This document shows, one piece after another, positions 1-9,250 of a stretch of DNA of 64,000 nt; the first letter of the stretch is position 1; each line of letters opens with the position of its first letter. Source of the DNA: Aureliella sp. (GTDB taxonomy: Bacteria; Planctomycetota; Planctomycetia; Pirellulales; Pirellulaceae); contig OY829846.1 in NCBI GenBank assembly GCA_963691875.1, forward strand, positions 2,048,001 to 2,112,000. The letters are read 5' to 3'. Below the pieces are notes generated by a model that searched no databases, was not told the origin of the DNA, and was given only the letters and a program-made list of their open reading frames with translations. A program made the position numbers and the translations under genes.

Positions 1-1358
1 TCATCGGCTGTCACACGGCAGCAGTAGCTAGGGTCGTCGCTCTCGTTCATCTGGTTTATCAGATCACGAACGATTCCCGCATGTAGCTGAGTCTTGCAGA
101 ACACAATCGCCTTTTCTCTCTGGTCTGCTTGTTCCAGATAGATTTTGGCTCGATAGGCTTCACGCTCAATGATCTCAATCACTTTGTTGAAATCTTCTTC
201 TTTATATTGTTTGCTCTGCTCAACTTCGCCCTGAATCACTTTGTCATCGGGTGAGTAAACGTATTCATCCAGCGTTGTCTTGATTCGCTTCACACGGAAG
301 GGCGTTAGAAATCCGTCGTTGATTCCCTCTTTGAGCGAGTACGTGTAGACCGGCTCACCAAAATAAGAGTAGGTGTCAACGTTGCGTTTGCGTTTGGGCG
401 TTGCCGTTAGACCAATCTGAACGGCAGGTGAGAAGTATTCCAGAATCTCACGCCAGCTACTTTCGTCACTTGCTCCACCACGATGACATTCATCAATGAT
501 TATCAAATCAAAATAGTCTTGGGGGTATTCTCCAAAGTAGGGCGTGTCATTCGGCCCACTCATGAACGTCTGGAAGATTGTGAAGAAGATGTTGCCGTTG
601 GTTGGCACTCGCTTCTTTTTGACGATCTCGTCTGGACGAATCCTCACAAGGGCATCTTCTGGAAACGCAGAGAAGGCGTTGAAGGCTTGATCGGCCAGAA
701 TGTTGAGGTCTGCGAGAAACAGAATACGTGGACGACGTGAACCGTCACGCACGAGGTTCCAGCGAGTGTGAAACAGTTTCCAAGCGATCTCAAAGGCAAC
801 GGCTGTCTTGCCCGTTCCTGTTGCCATTGTGAGAAGCACACGCTGCTTGCCATCAGCAATCGCACCGGTGACACGGTTGATGGCGTTCTCTTGGTAATAG
901 CGTGGTTGCCACTGTCCACCGCTGAGGTTCATCGGTTGACGATTGAACTTGTCTCGCCAGTCATTTGACTGCTCAAAGGTTTTGTTCCAAAGTTCGTCTG
1001 GTGTGGGATAACGGTCTACTGTTCCTTCTGCACCTGTTTTCATGCAGATTTGATAGATGGTGTCTCCGTTGGTGGCAAAGGTGGTGTCGCAGTCCAAACG
1101 CTTTGCGTACTCTTTTGCCTGTCCCACTCCATCGGCGGCTTCTCGCTCATCGCTCTTGGCTTCGACTACGGCAAGTTTGCGACCACGATAGATCAGAACG
1201 TAATCGGCAATCAGTTGTTTGCTGCGTCGACCACCGATCTGAATACGACCATCGGTTATTTTGAACTCGCGACGTACAACCGTATCTTCGACACTACCCC
1301 AGCCAGCAGCGGCCAAAGCTGGATCAATTTTTTCTGCTCTTGTTTCTGATTCGTTCAC
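1..1358 (-). CDS. hsdR: Type I restriction enzyme R subunit (EcoAI/EcoEI-like); 3' end lies beyond the left edge
   Basis: Missing from the ORF track because no stop lies in the window. Manual translation from GTG at 1358, which overlaps the hsdS TGA, gives MNESETRAEKIDP, a nuclease motif ADYVL..VVEAKS, Walker A TMATGTGKT and DECHRGG. Confidence 0.93.
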   Translation of the reverse strand, partial: MNESETRAEKIDPALAAAGWGSVEDTVVRREFKITDGRIQIGGRRSKQLIADYVLIYRGRKLAVVEAKSDEREAADGVGQAKEYAKRLDCDTTFATNGDTIYQICMKTGAEGTVDRYPTPDELWNKTFEQSNDWRDKFNRQPMNLSGGQWQPRYYQENAINRVTGAIADGKQRVLLTMATGTGKTAVAFEIAWKLFHTRWNLVRDGSRRPRILFLADLNILADQAFNAFSAFPEDALVRIRPDEIVKKKRVPTNGNIFFTIFQTFMSGPNDTPYFGEYPQDYFDLIIIDECHRGGASDESSWREILEYFSPAVQIGLTATPKRKRNVDTYSYFGEPVYTYSLKEGINDGFLTPFRVKRIKTTLDEYVYSPDDKVIQGEVEQSKQYKEEDFNKVIEIIEREAYRAKIYLEQADQREKAIVFCKTQLHAGIVRDLINQMNESDDPSYCCRVTAD

Positions 1359-2518
1359 GGCACCGCCTCTAATTCGGGGGAGTTAGCGGTGAGTTGTCCG
1401 GTGAAGGCTTTTTGAAGAATGGATTGTTTGAGTTCGTCGAGGGCGGCGATCTTTTGGGTATGTATACGCTCAAGTGATCTAGCTTCCTCAACCAGAGAGT
1501 CAGTGCGTTTAGCAATTCGTTTTTGGTCTTCTAAGGGTGGAAGGCTGAATCGGTATGCGAACATATGTTTCCTGTTTACCTTGGGCATCCCAGCTCGTGC
1601 AGAGCCGGACATCGCGTAGTCTGTAAAGTCCTTGCTAAGGAGCGTGTAGAACAGAAAGTCACGATGCAATACCTCCTTTACTGGTGACAACGGGTAAACG
1701 TCTGCACTGCAAAGTCCAACAAAGTTCGGGCGGCTTACCTTCATAAGGTACGGTCGAATCTTGCTGTACAGCACCATGGTGCTATCAAACGTGTACTTGT
1801 TCGAGATCAAGCCTTCTTCACGAGCAGTCAGCACTTCCACAAGCTGGTCTGATTGAGAAACCATGTTTCCAGCACCAATATGTGGTAAGTCGATAAACTC
1901 GTCTTGCTTAGGGTCAACCAATTTTGACTCAATCGAAGATACATCGTTTAGACACGTTTCCTCCCAACCCTCTCCCTTCAAACTAAACACTCGATTCAGA
2001 TACGACTCAAAAAGCTCACGAGCGTTAGCGACGTTTTGAGTGGCAATCTCCTTCGCCCTATCAATCGCCCCAAATGCTTCGTCGAGGATGGCGACGATTC
2101 GTTTTTGCTCGGGTAAGGGTGGTATGGGGATTGGAATAGCGTTTAGTTTTGCCTGATTCAATTTTGGTTGAGCCATGCCACTGACCCACGGTTCAAGTGA
2201 TATTGAATTGAGGTAATACTCAACGAAGCGGCGAGCGATAGAATCCGTAAACCTTAGAACATGAGCATGATTGTTCACCCATGCTTTACCTGAAATCGAA
2301 AACGCAATCGGATAGGTTCGTGCCAACAGGTTTGCACCATCTTCTGAGACTAGAAGCAATTCCTCATCAAAAAGAAAATCATTAACATGATCTACTACAC
2401 CAGAGGCTCCGTAGTACGGAATAGTGCCAGATACTCGCTTCGACTTTGTGATCGGCTTGCGTTGCTTGTCCAGATTTTCACAACAAGTGCCTAAATTCAT
2501 TGTGGCCCATTTATTCAT
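1355..2518 (-). CDS. hsdS: Type I RM specificity subunit with two TRDs
   Basis: Two TRD + conserved-helix repeats (PIPPLPEQKRIV, LPPLEDQKRIA), C-terminal ELKQSILQKAFTGQL; lies between hsdM and hsdR. Confidence 0.95.
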   Translation of the reverse strand: MNKWATMNLGTCCENLDKQRKPITKSKRVSGTIPYYGASGVVDHVNDFLFDEELLLVSEDGANLLARTYPIAFSISGKAWVNNHAHVLRFTDSIARRFVEYYLNSISLEPWVSGMAQPKLNQAKLNAIPIPIPPLPEQKRIVAILDEAFGAIDRAKEIATQNVANARELFESYLNRVFSLKGEGWEETCLNDVSSIESKLVDPKQDEFIDLPHIGAGNMVSQSDQLVEVLTAREEGLISNKYTFDSTMVLYSKIRPYLMKVSRPNFVGLCSADVYPLSPVKEVLHRDFLFYTLLSKDFTDYAMSGSARAGMPKVNRKHMFAYRFSLPPLEDQKRIAKRTDSLVEEARSLERIHTQKIAALDELKQSILQKAFTGQLTANSPELEAVP

Positions 2519-2661
2519 CCAACCGCCTCCAGTTCAGGAGACTTCGCGGTGAGTTGACCGGTGAAGGCTTTTTGAAGGATGGATTGTTTGAGTTCGTCGA
2601 GAGCAGCGAGCTTTAAGCGGCACACATCTCCTAGCTTCTTAGCTTCCCAAGCCTCGCTCAT
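2515..2661 (-). CDS. 48-aa TRD-less mini-hsdS (remnant or coupling ORF)
   Basis: MSEAWEAKKLGDVCRLKLAALDELKQSILQKAFTGQLTAKSPELEAVG*. An HsdS-type N-terminus is fused in frame to an HsdS-type C-terminus. Its ATG overlaps the hsdM TGA and its TGA overlaps the hsdS ATG. Confidence 0.75.
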   Translation of the reverse strand: MSEAWEAKKLGDVCRLKLAALDELKQSILQKAFTGQLTAKSPELEAVG

Positions 2662-4112
2662 ACTAACCCCCGAATCGTCTCAAGGATTTCAGAGGCTTCG
2701 CTATCTAGCTGTGCGATCTCGTCAAGGATTTCTTCTGGCTCACGCAGAACCACCTCGTCATCTTTGTTAGGGTTCTTCACGCTCAGATCGAAGGAAGTTT
2801 GGTCCACGTCTTTGATGTTGACCGTCCATGAGTTGTCACTGTCGCCATTGGTTTTCTGTAGCTCGACGAACTCAGCCAGATCATTCTCGTTAAGAGGGTT
2901 TGTCTTTCCCAAGTTGCGATCAAGATTGAGTTGGTAATACCAAATATTTTTTGTTGGTTTACCTTTTTCAAAGAACAACACTACGGTTCGAACACCGGCA
3001 GTAAACACTTTGGCGGGAAGGTCCAAGACAGTGTGTAGATTGCACGTGTTTACGAGTTCTTTTCTCAGTGAGGCAGCGTCTCCGTTACTTAGAAATGTGT
3101 TCTTGATCACGACGCCCGCACGACCACCGGCCCGCAGCGTCTTGAAGAAATGCTGCAAAAACAGATAAGCAGTCTCACCCGATTTGATCGGGAAGTGTTG
3201 CTGTATTTCTTTTCGCTCATCGCCACCAAAGGGCGGATTGGCTAGTACAACGTCATAGCGGTCTTTCTCTTGGATGTCCGTCAAATTTTCACTGAGCGTG
3301 TTGGTGCGAACGAAGTTGGGTACTTCGATCCCGTGAAGGACCATGTTCATTGTGCCGACGATAAATCCCAACGGCTTTTTCTCTTTGCCGTACAGCGTGT
3401 CTTTTTGAAGCGTTCGCACGTCTTTGACACTCAGTTTTTTACCTGAGTCACGCATATGGTGAAACGCTTCGACCAGAAAACCAGCAGAACCAGCAGCAGG
3501 GTCGTAGACGGTTTCACCAATCTTGGGGTCAATCACCTGAACGATTGAGCGAATTAATGAACGTGGCGTGTAGTATTGACCACCGCTCCGCCCAGCATTG
3601 CCCATGTCATTGAGCCGACTCTCATAGAAATGGGACAGTTCGTGTTTTTCCGAGCTTTTCTGAAAGCGAAGCTCGTCCACGTAGTTAAGAACTTCACGTA
3701 AGCCATAACCGTTTTCTAACTTGTTTTCGATTGAACTAAATATCTGACCAATTTTGTACTGAATGGTGTCAAATCTTTCAGCGGTTGTTTTGAACTTGCT
3801 GAGATAAGGAAACAGCTTGCCGTTGACGAACTCAATCAGGTCATTGCCCGTTAAGGCAGCGTGATGGTCGATCTTACCATCACCCTTGCGAGGCATTGCC
3901 CACACACCCCAGCTATACTCGCTACGTAAGATCGGTTCGTATTTCACTTCTTGAAGACTCGCAGCCGATTCACGATCTTTTTCAAAGTCGTCCAGATACT
4001 TGAGGAACAGTACCCAAGACGATTGGGCAGCGTAATCGATCGCTGTATCACAGCCATTATCTTTCCAAAGTACGGCATCAATGTTTTTAAATGTTTGCTC
4101 AAACATATTCAT
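2658..4112 (-). CDS. hsdM: Type I RM N6-adenine methyltransferase subunit
   Basis: GQYYTPR, motif I YDPAAGSAGFL, motif IV NPPF. Start is likely MNMFEQTFKNID (4112 or 4106) rather than 4178. Confidence 0.95.
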   Translation of the reverse strand: MNMFEQTFKNIDAVLWKDNGCDTAIDYAAQSSWVLFLKYLDDFEKDRESAASLQEVKYEPILRSEYSWGVWAMPRKGDGKIDHHAALTGNDLIEFVNGKLFPYLSKFKTTAERFDTIQYKIGQIFSSIENKLENGYGLREVLNYVDELRFQKSSEKHELSHFYESRLNDMGNAGRSGGQYYTPRSLIRSIVQVIDPKIGETVYDPAAGSAGFLVEAFHHMRDSGKKLSVKDVRTLQKDTLYGKEKKPLGFIVGTMNMVLHGIEVPNFVRTNTLSENLTDIQEKDRYDVVLANPPFGGDERKEIQQHFPIKSGETAYLFLQHFFKTLRAGGRAGVVIKNTFLSNGDAASLRKELVNTCNLHTVLDLPAKVFTAGVRTVVLFFEKGKPTKNIWYYQLNLDRNLGKTNPLNENDLAEFVELQKTNGDSDNSWTVNIKDVDQTSFDLSVKNPNKDDEVVLREPEEILDEIAQLDSEASEILETIRGLV

Positions 4113-4199
4113 TTTTTCTATCGCATGCCGATTGCTAACTGGTGGCATAGATGTTTTCTGAATCCGCAAAACTTTCACCGAAGGATCAAAGTGGCGGGG

Positions 4200-5534
4200 T
4201 TAAGTGTCTTGGCTTTGACTACGCCTATGCTTCACGGCTGTGCCATCAAAACAACGCCTGCAAGACTCACAAACGTCCGCAATGTCGGCACGCTCGTTTA
4301 GGGGACAAATTACATCGGACTCGTAGGTATTCAATCCGGATTTCGGCTTGTAGTTGTTAAAAAACACCACCGACACACCTCGTATTGCATCTAGTGAAGG
4401 CTCTTCTCCCTCTTCGGCTTGGTAGGAGAAAAAGAAGTTTTTGCTCTTAGGCTTCAGAGTCAGAAAGTCATCGCGGCGAAGACGTGAGTTTTTATCGAGA
4501 CTAAAGTGCACAAACACATTTGGCCTATCCTCGATCGCCGCTGCCATTTCTGGAATGCGAGTTACTACCCAAAGGACAATATCTGGACGCACTGCCGAGA
4601 GATGGTTTACTGCATCGACACTTTCGGGAAATAAATCGCCTCCGCCATTCCACCGCAGGAAAGTTAAGCCGAGCCGGTCATACTCGAGTGCAGCACGTTC
4701 AGAGAACTTAATTGGGTCAGACCGAATGCTATCGTAGATCATCCACTGGTGACGTAACGAATTCGCCCAACTTGAGGCACCCGTTGCGAAATAGCACGTT
4801 TTGACACAAACAGCTGTCGGCCTGCAGGTGTTTGCGATAGGAACGTTGACGCTGTAACCAGTTACTTTATTGCCAGACAGCACGCTGTCATTTGATCCAA
4901 CTAATTTGGAACGTTCAGACTGCTGAAGCCTTAGTGACTTTTGTACAACGCGACCAACTCGGACAGACGATGGAATCTTTTTGTTCGCCCCAACGGCTGA
5001 TCGTCGCATTGCTTCAACAGGCTTCCGGGGCGTAATGTGTTTTTGACTCGAATCCCGCAAAGAGCGAACAACCGCACTGGCGTCGCCCTCAGTCCATCGC
5101 CTTGGCGAAGACCGAACATAGACTGTCCACCCAGCTTCACGTTTACCTTTAAAGATTGAGAGTTCGTTTTTCAGCGAGCGTATCGGCACGGCCTCAGTCA
5201 GGCTGCGTTCAATCTCAATGGCAACGGGCACACGAACCGGGAAGACTCCGTCAGACCAAATTGGCGTAGAATCCTTATAGGCTGGGCCGGTCACACGCAA
5301 AGTGGCGACAAACGCTGAAACCTTCGTCAAGTAGCAGAGAATCTGGTCGCCTATTTCGAGACGGGTTGCTGCTGTCCACTTTTTTTCTGTGAACCCCATC
5401 ACCTCCCCACCAACTGCCACGAACTCTCGCCATGATTCAACGGTGAATAATCCAAGGTAAGACGTGGAATCGATAGCTAAATCTTGCTTGCAGGAGTGAG
5501 CTACCTTTCGACTTCTTGTTTTTCGGCTTGTCAT
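4200..5534 (-). CDS. EVE (PUA-like) domain fused to a Cys-rich GP88-like domain
   Basis: The N-terminal YLGLFTVESW..GF....W....RLEIGDQILCYL resembles EVE. The C-terminal GNKVTGYSVNVP..TCRPTAVCVKTCY, FLRWNGGGD, WVVTR, HFSLD and CP..CESCRRCF resemble GP88. Confidence 0.65.
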   Translation of the reverse strand: MTSRKTRSRKVAHSCKQDLAIDSTSYLGLFTVESWREFVAVGGEVMGFTEKKWTAATRLEIGDQILCYLTKVSAFVATLRVTGPAYKDSTPIWSDGVFPVRVPVAIEIERSLTEAVPIRSLKNELSIFKGKREAGWTVYVRSSPRRWTEGDASAVVRSLRDSSQKHITPRKPVEAMRRSAVGANKKIPSSVRVGRVVQKSLRLQQSERSKLVGSNDSVLSGNKVTGYSVNVPIANTCRPTAVCVKTCYFATGASSWANSLRHQWMIYDSIRSDPIKFSERAALEYDRLGLTFLRWNGGGDLFPESVDAVNHLSAVRPDIVLWVVTRIPEMAAAIEDRPNVFVHFSLDKNSRLRRDDFLTLKPKSKNFFFSYQAEEGEEPSLDAIRGVSVVFFNNYKPKSGLNTYESDVICPLNERADIADVCESCRRCFDGTAVKHRRSQSQDT

Positions 5535-5972
5535 CTTGGTTCAATATTTAGACTGCAGTGTACGTTGTTCGGGATTGTTATGAAGAAAATGCCATGTGTA
5601 TGTGGTGCTAGAACTCCTTGGCACTGGAGCGAACTAGCGTTGCTCCTGAGCAATGACACTCAAATTGGTGACAAGTGTAACCACAGATGTCTCCTTCTCT
5701 AGGGGAGTATTGGGCGTTTGGGGGTGCAGATCGAGGCACCGAAAAGTAAGTGGGAAGGAAAGCAGGTGTGTGTACCCGTGATACACTTTCGGGATCTCTC
5801 TCAAACCCATAAATCGATCGGAAGGACCCGCTCATCTAGAGATTTTATCCTGTTTCTTTTCGTGGGTTTCTTGAAGAGGTTTGTATGAATAGCTTCTATA
5901 AAGGTGGGGACCGATGTAGGGAATGAAGACGGTAGTTGAGTAGTGATATAAGAGAACAAAGGTGGAATGACT

Positions 5973-6062
5973 CGTTGAGGGCCCTATGGGGACCTCAACG
6001 ATTTTGTTGGGGTACGCCAAGACTCCCATAGGGGGCCTTGGTGTACACCAAGGCTCCCATGG
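5973..6062. repeat. Cluster of hairpins and an imperfect tandem repeat (candidate origin or protein-binding site)
   Basis: Stem CGTTGAGG/CCTCAACG (5973-6000). Two copies of TTGGkGTACrCCAAGrCTCCCATrG (starting 6007 and 6038). Perfect 20-bp palindrome GCCTTGGTGTACACCAAGGC at 6035-6054. Confidence 0.7.
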
Positions 6063-6076
6063 ATCGCTCCAGAGAA

Positions 6077-6877
6077 TCAATACTTTTGCGGCGGGTGGTT
6101 CGGAGTCTGGAGTTCCGCCAACGCTCGTCTGAATTTCTTTTGATTCTCCGACTGTCTGAATTGTTTTTCGCTGAGCTCTCGGTCGTGAGTTTGCCTTGCC
6201 AGAAGCTTGATCGCTTCATCGTTTGAAAGATTGTTGGAGTAGTACATATGACGTCCGTCAGGTAGTAATTGGAAGAAAAAGCCTCGCTTGCCAAGTTTTC
6301 TCACCGTGTACTTGATTTGTGCCAAAGACAGTAACGGCACTTCTTGTAGGTGCGAGGCTTGTTTTGTGCTGCTGTAGCCTAACGCTGCAAAGTTGACTCT
6401 TTCATAGGTGAATTGAGCTAGATCTTTATTGCCGATGCAGCCATATACGGCTGCAAGCACAGCAAATTCTCTCCAGCTCCATTCCTCCAATGCATCCCAG
6501 AAGATATCAGTACGCATTCGGACCAACATTCCTAGCGGATAGTCTGAAACAGAACCCTCAGATATGCCTTCAGTGCCCAAAACGACATTCAAAGTATCGG
6601 CAGCAGCAAGTACGAAGGGTGTCCAGGTAGTCGTGTCAAAGGCATGCTCTTCGCCGTAGTTCGGCTGTGCTTTGACCGCCTTCTCCGCAATTGCAACAAT
6701 CTCGCGTTCTGGCTTTTTTTCGCGGAGATTCCTCGCGACATGAAACACTGCCCAACGAATTATCTCGCGCATCCGCTTTTCCTTGGTGCTGCGGGTGACA
6801 TTCGCCACACTTGAACCGATGCGAAGAGCGGATAGCGGAAACTGAAAGTAACTCTTGCACTTTTCTTGACTGGACAT
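6077..6877 (-). CDS. Hypothetical element protein with a possible C-terminal winged helix
   Basis: 266-aa ORF co-oriented with the integrase module; LSLAQIKYTVRKLGKRGFFFQL..GRHMYYS looks wHTH-like. Confidence 0.6.
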   Translation of the reverse strand: MSSQEKCKSYFQFPLSALRIGSSVANVTRSTKEKRMREIIRWAVFHVARNLREKKPEREIVAIAEKAVKAQPNYGEEHAFDTTTWTPFVLAAADTLNVVLGTEGISEGSVSDYPLGMLVRMRTDIFWDALEEWSWREFAVLAAVYGCIGNKDLAQFTYERVNFAALGYSSTKQASHLQEVPLLSLAQIKYTVRKLGKRGFFFQLLPDGRHMYYSNNLSNDEAIKLLARQTHDRELSEKQFRQSENQKKFRRALAELQTPNHPPQKY

Positions 6878-6930
6878 ACATGCTGCCTATTAAGTAGGAA
6901 AACGGAGATCTGCGAGGAATAAAAAGCAAA

Positions 6931-7236
6931 TTAGATCTCAGCATCCCTGAGTTGTTGCAACGCGCATTTGTGAGACGGGCCAGCGGTGCGTTTGCGGCGA
7001 GAAGAGCCCCGCTTGGCTTCGGTTACGGCACAGAAAAATCGGTCAAGCGCCTGCTTTGAGGTGTATTGCTCACCCCCGATGTAGACCGATTCGAGACGAA
7101 CGCCAACAAGACCTCTGCTGAGCCATCGGTAAATAGATGCGAGGTGCTTCTTGCGGCCATTCTTCTTAGGAAGTAAGCCAGGCACTTCGCGAATCAAAAC
7201 GACCTCTTCGCGGTTGATATCGATCGACATCCCCAT
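6931..7236 (-). CDS. DUF1580-family HTH protein (excisionase-like)
   Basis: HLASIYRWLSRGLVGVRLESVYIGG..YTSKQALDRF is typical of planctomycete DUF1580 proteins found near integrases. Confidence 0.85.
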   Translation of the reverse strand: MGMSIDINREEVVLIREVPGLLPKKNGRKKHLASIYRWLSRGLVGVRLESVYIGGEQYTSKQALDRFFCAVTEAKRGSSRRKRTAGPSHKCALQQLRDAEI

Positions 7237-7348
7237 TCCTTTGCAAATGAACGTAATTTCTTGTAACTACGTGCAAAGGTAAAGCGACTCACGAAACAGC
7301 GGAATCAGCTGAGGCAAAGATTCAATTTGATTCAATAAACTCAAGGTC

Positions 7349-7987
7349 TTATTGAGGGAGTTGATCTTTGCCTTGGGAGCGGAGCCAATCGTTTACTTGG
7401 GTGACTAGGAATTTCTGCGGCCTTGCGCCTTCAGGAGACACGGGTTTTGGAAATCCCTTGTTGAACCAGGAATTGTTTAGCGTAGAAGAATCGATACCCA
7501 ACTGCTTACAAAGTTCTGGGCGCATAATGACCCGATTGACGTCCTTTTCGTGGCTCTCATCGTGGCCCACTAGCGCCTTCTTGCATGCGCAACGAAAGTA
7601 GATCGCGTCTTCGTGAGCAAGTCTGACATAGAGAACCTCGAGCGTTACAGGCTCTCGATTGTCAAAATGCATTGATTCCTCTAGATAGTTCGCTTTGGCC
7701 ATGAATCGCGTATACGTGGCTGGGCCGTCCGCAATCTTGCCTAAAGCGTCAAATATCACGTCCTCATTCGTCTCCAGAAAATCACACAAGGCATGCAAGA
7801 ACGTCTGCGTGCAACTTGTGTCAGTCTGCTCGATGTCAACTTGAAGATCACTGAGTGGCGACGCAAAAAGTTCATTTATGTGTCCGTCTTTCGCGATCCA
7901 AAGTGCCTCGTAAAGGGATTGGAGACAGGTCGAAAGCATCTTGAGTGGATGTGCCGTTGGCATGCTGAAATTCCTTTTCTTATCCAA
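7349..7987 (-). CDS. Hypothetical protein with C-terminal AlpA-like HTH
   Basis: C-terminal IMRPELCKQLGIDSSTL..WFNKGFPKPV..FLVTQVNDWL; overlaps the integrase stop. Confidence 0.7.
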   Translation of the reverse strand: MDKKRNFSMPTAHPLKMLSTCLQSLYEALWIAKDGHINELFASPLSDLQVDIEQTDTSCTQTFLHALCDFLETNEDVIFDALGKIADGPATYTRFMAKANYLEESMHFDNREPVTLEVLYVRLAHEDAIYFRCACKKALVGHDESHEKDVNRVIMRPELCKQLGIDSSTLNNSWFNKGFPKPVSPEGARPQKFLVTQVNDWLRSQGKDQLPQ

Positions 7988-9206
7988 GCTTCAGAGCAAC
8001 TTCTATCGCCTTACGTTCATCTTGCTCGGCGTAGACTTGTGTTATTCCAACCTCAGCATGGCCAAGAAAACCAGCTGCATGATCGAGCCCAAACTCTGAT
8101 CTGGCTTTTGTTGCTGCCGAATGGCGGAGTTGATTCGGAGCCCATTTGGGGACGCCTGCTTTCTTGCAGCGGTAGTATATCGCGCGGCGATAGCTCATCG
8201 AAGAATAAGCTGAACCGAGTCGTGATGCTTGAGACCGTTTCTTTCCGCTTCGGGTTCGAGAGTTGTAACCTGGCTTGTTGCCTTGATTTGCAGGAGTCTG
8301 CCGCAGCTCGGTCAGCATCGCTCTCCGCTGTGCGTCACATTCGGCGGGTGAAAATAGATTGACGTTGGGGTCTCGATCGAGGTAGTGTCTGAGCACTGCT
8401 TGAGCTTCCGGGCCGATGTAAATGATTCGTTCCTTGCCACGCCAAGCGCCTTTGTGGTCGATGAGATGGGCTCGCCAAACTTCACCACTTCGATCAATCA
8501 TCGAGGGGGTTAGTGCGCAGACCTCGGCTGGACGGCAGCCCGTGAGAAGTTGCACGCGAATCATATCCGCCAGGACTGGTGGGCACTCCTTGAGAGTCGC
8601 GTCGACGACATCTTGGGAAACTGGGAGAATCTTCTTCGTCTCTGGTGCAGAAGTCCTACCAGCCTTTAGGCCTGGGATGACTCGCAGATCGTTATAAACA
8701 TGAGATGGAATGATTCCATCCGCAGCAGCCCAGCGAAACATCCGACTCAGTCGAGACATTTGAGCATTGATATACTTCCGCGCGAGAGGCTTAGCGCTCT
8801 TCTTCTTGTTTCCTCGTCCGCGTTGACAGGTTGGATCATCCACGAGGGTCTGGCGTACGGCTTTGAACTGTCGCGGCCCAAACTCGATGGCCGGAAGGTC
8901 AGCGCAGAGTTTCTTGACCACTCGGAAGATGAGTTTGACTTGATTCGTTTCAGGAGAAGCCTGGGATGGATAGTGCCTCTTGCAATGAGCCAGATAGTCG
9001 ACCATCAGCATGGCCAGCGTGACCTCGTCCGGATCGGTCCCAAAGCAGATCTGACCAGCGGCAGCATGATACTCAGCAAGGATGCGATGATACTCGCGTT
9101 TGCTTTCCACCGAATTGTATTTGCCAAGATAGTGTTGCTTCCCAGCGAGGGTAACAACAGCGCGGCCGGAGGGTTTGTGCAAGCGATATTTGGGAGTTCT
9201 TGTCAT
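7980..9206 (-). CDS. Tyrosine recombinase/integrase
   Basis: TGCRPAEV (R), HK, QLRHSAAT, LGH and VYA catalytic motifs; planctomycete-type N-terminus PKYRLHKPSGRAVV; adjacent to a tRNA 3' end. Confidence 0.95.
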   Translation of the reverse strand: MTRTPKYRLHKPSGRAVVTLAGKQHYLGKYNSVESKREYHRILAEYHAAAGQICFGTDPDEVTLAMLMVDYLAHCKRHYPSQASPETNQVKLIFRVVKKLCADLPAIEFGPRQFKAVRQTLVDDPTCQRGRGNKKKSAKPLARKYINAQMSRLSRMFRWAAADGIIPSHVYNDLRVIPGLKAGRTSAPETKKILPVSQDVVDATLKECPPVLADMIRVQLLTGCRPAEVCALTPSMIDRSGEVWRAHLIDHKGAWRGKERIIYIGPEAQAVLRHYLDRDPNVNLFSPAECDAQRRAMLTELRQTPANQGNKPGYNSRTRSGKKRSQASRLGSAYSSMSYRRAIYYRCKKAGVPKWAPNQLRHSAATKARSEFGLDHAAGFLGHAEVGITQVYAEQDERKAIEVALKLG

Positions 9207-9228
9207 GGGAGAGTGCCTTTGCTGTCGT

Positions 9229-9250
9229 GAAAGTGGTAATTACCACTTTC
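9229..9250. promoter_or_regulatory. Perfect 22-bp palindrome upstream of the integrase
   Basis: GAAAGTGGTAATTACCACTTTC, 22 bp upstream of the integrase ATG. Confidence 0.6.

Noticed and set aside
483..1349. Short ORFs listed in the track over 483-1349
   Set aside because: They are shadows of the minus-strand hsdR frame, which the track omits because it has no stop in the window.
1355..2661. Invertible hsdS shufflon
   Set aside because: The hsdS repeats are direct rather than inverted, and there is no silent TRD or adjacent invertase.
6007..6062. CRISPR array
   Set aside because: Only two imperfect copies, no spacer-length unique sequence and no cas genes. I saw no CRISPR array anywhere in the window.
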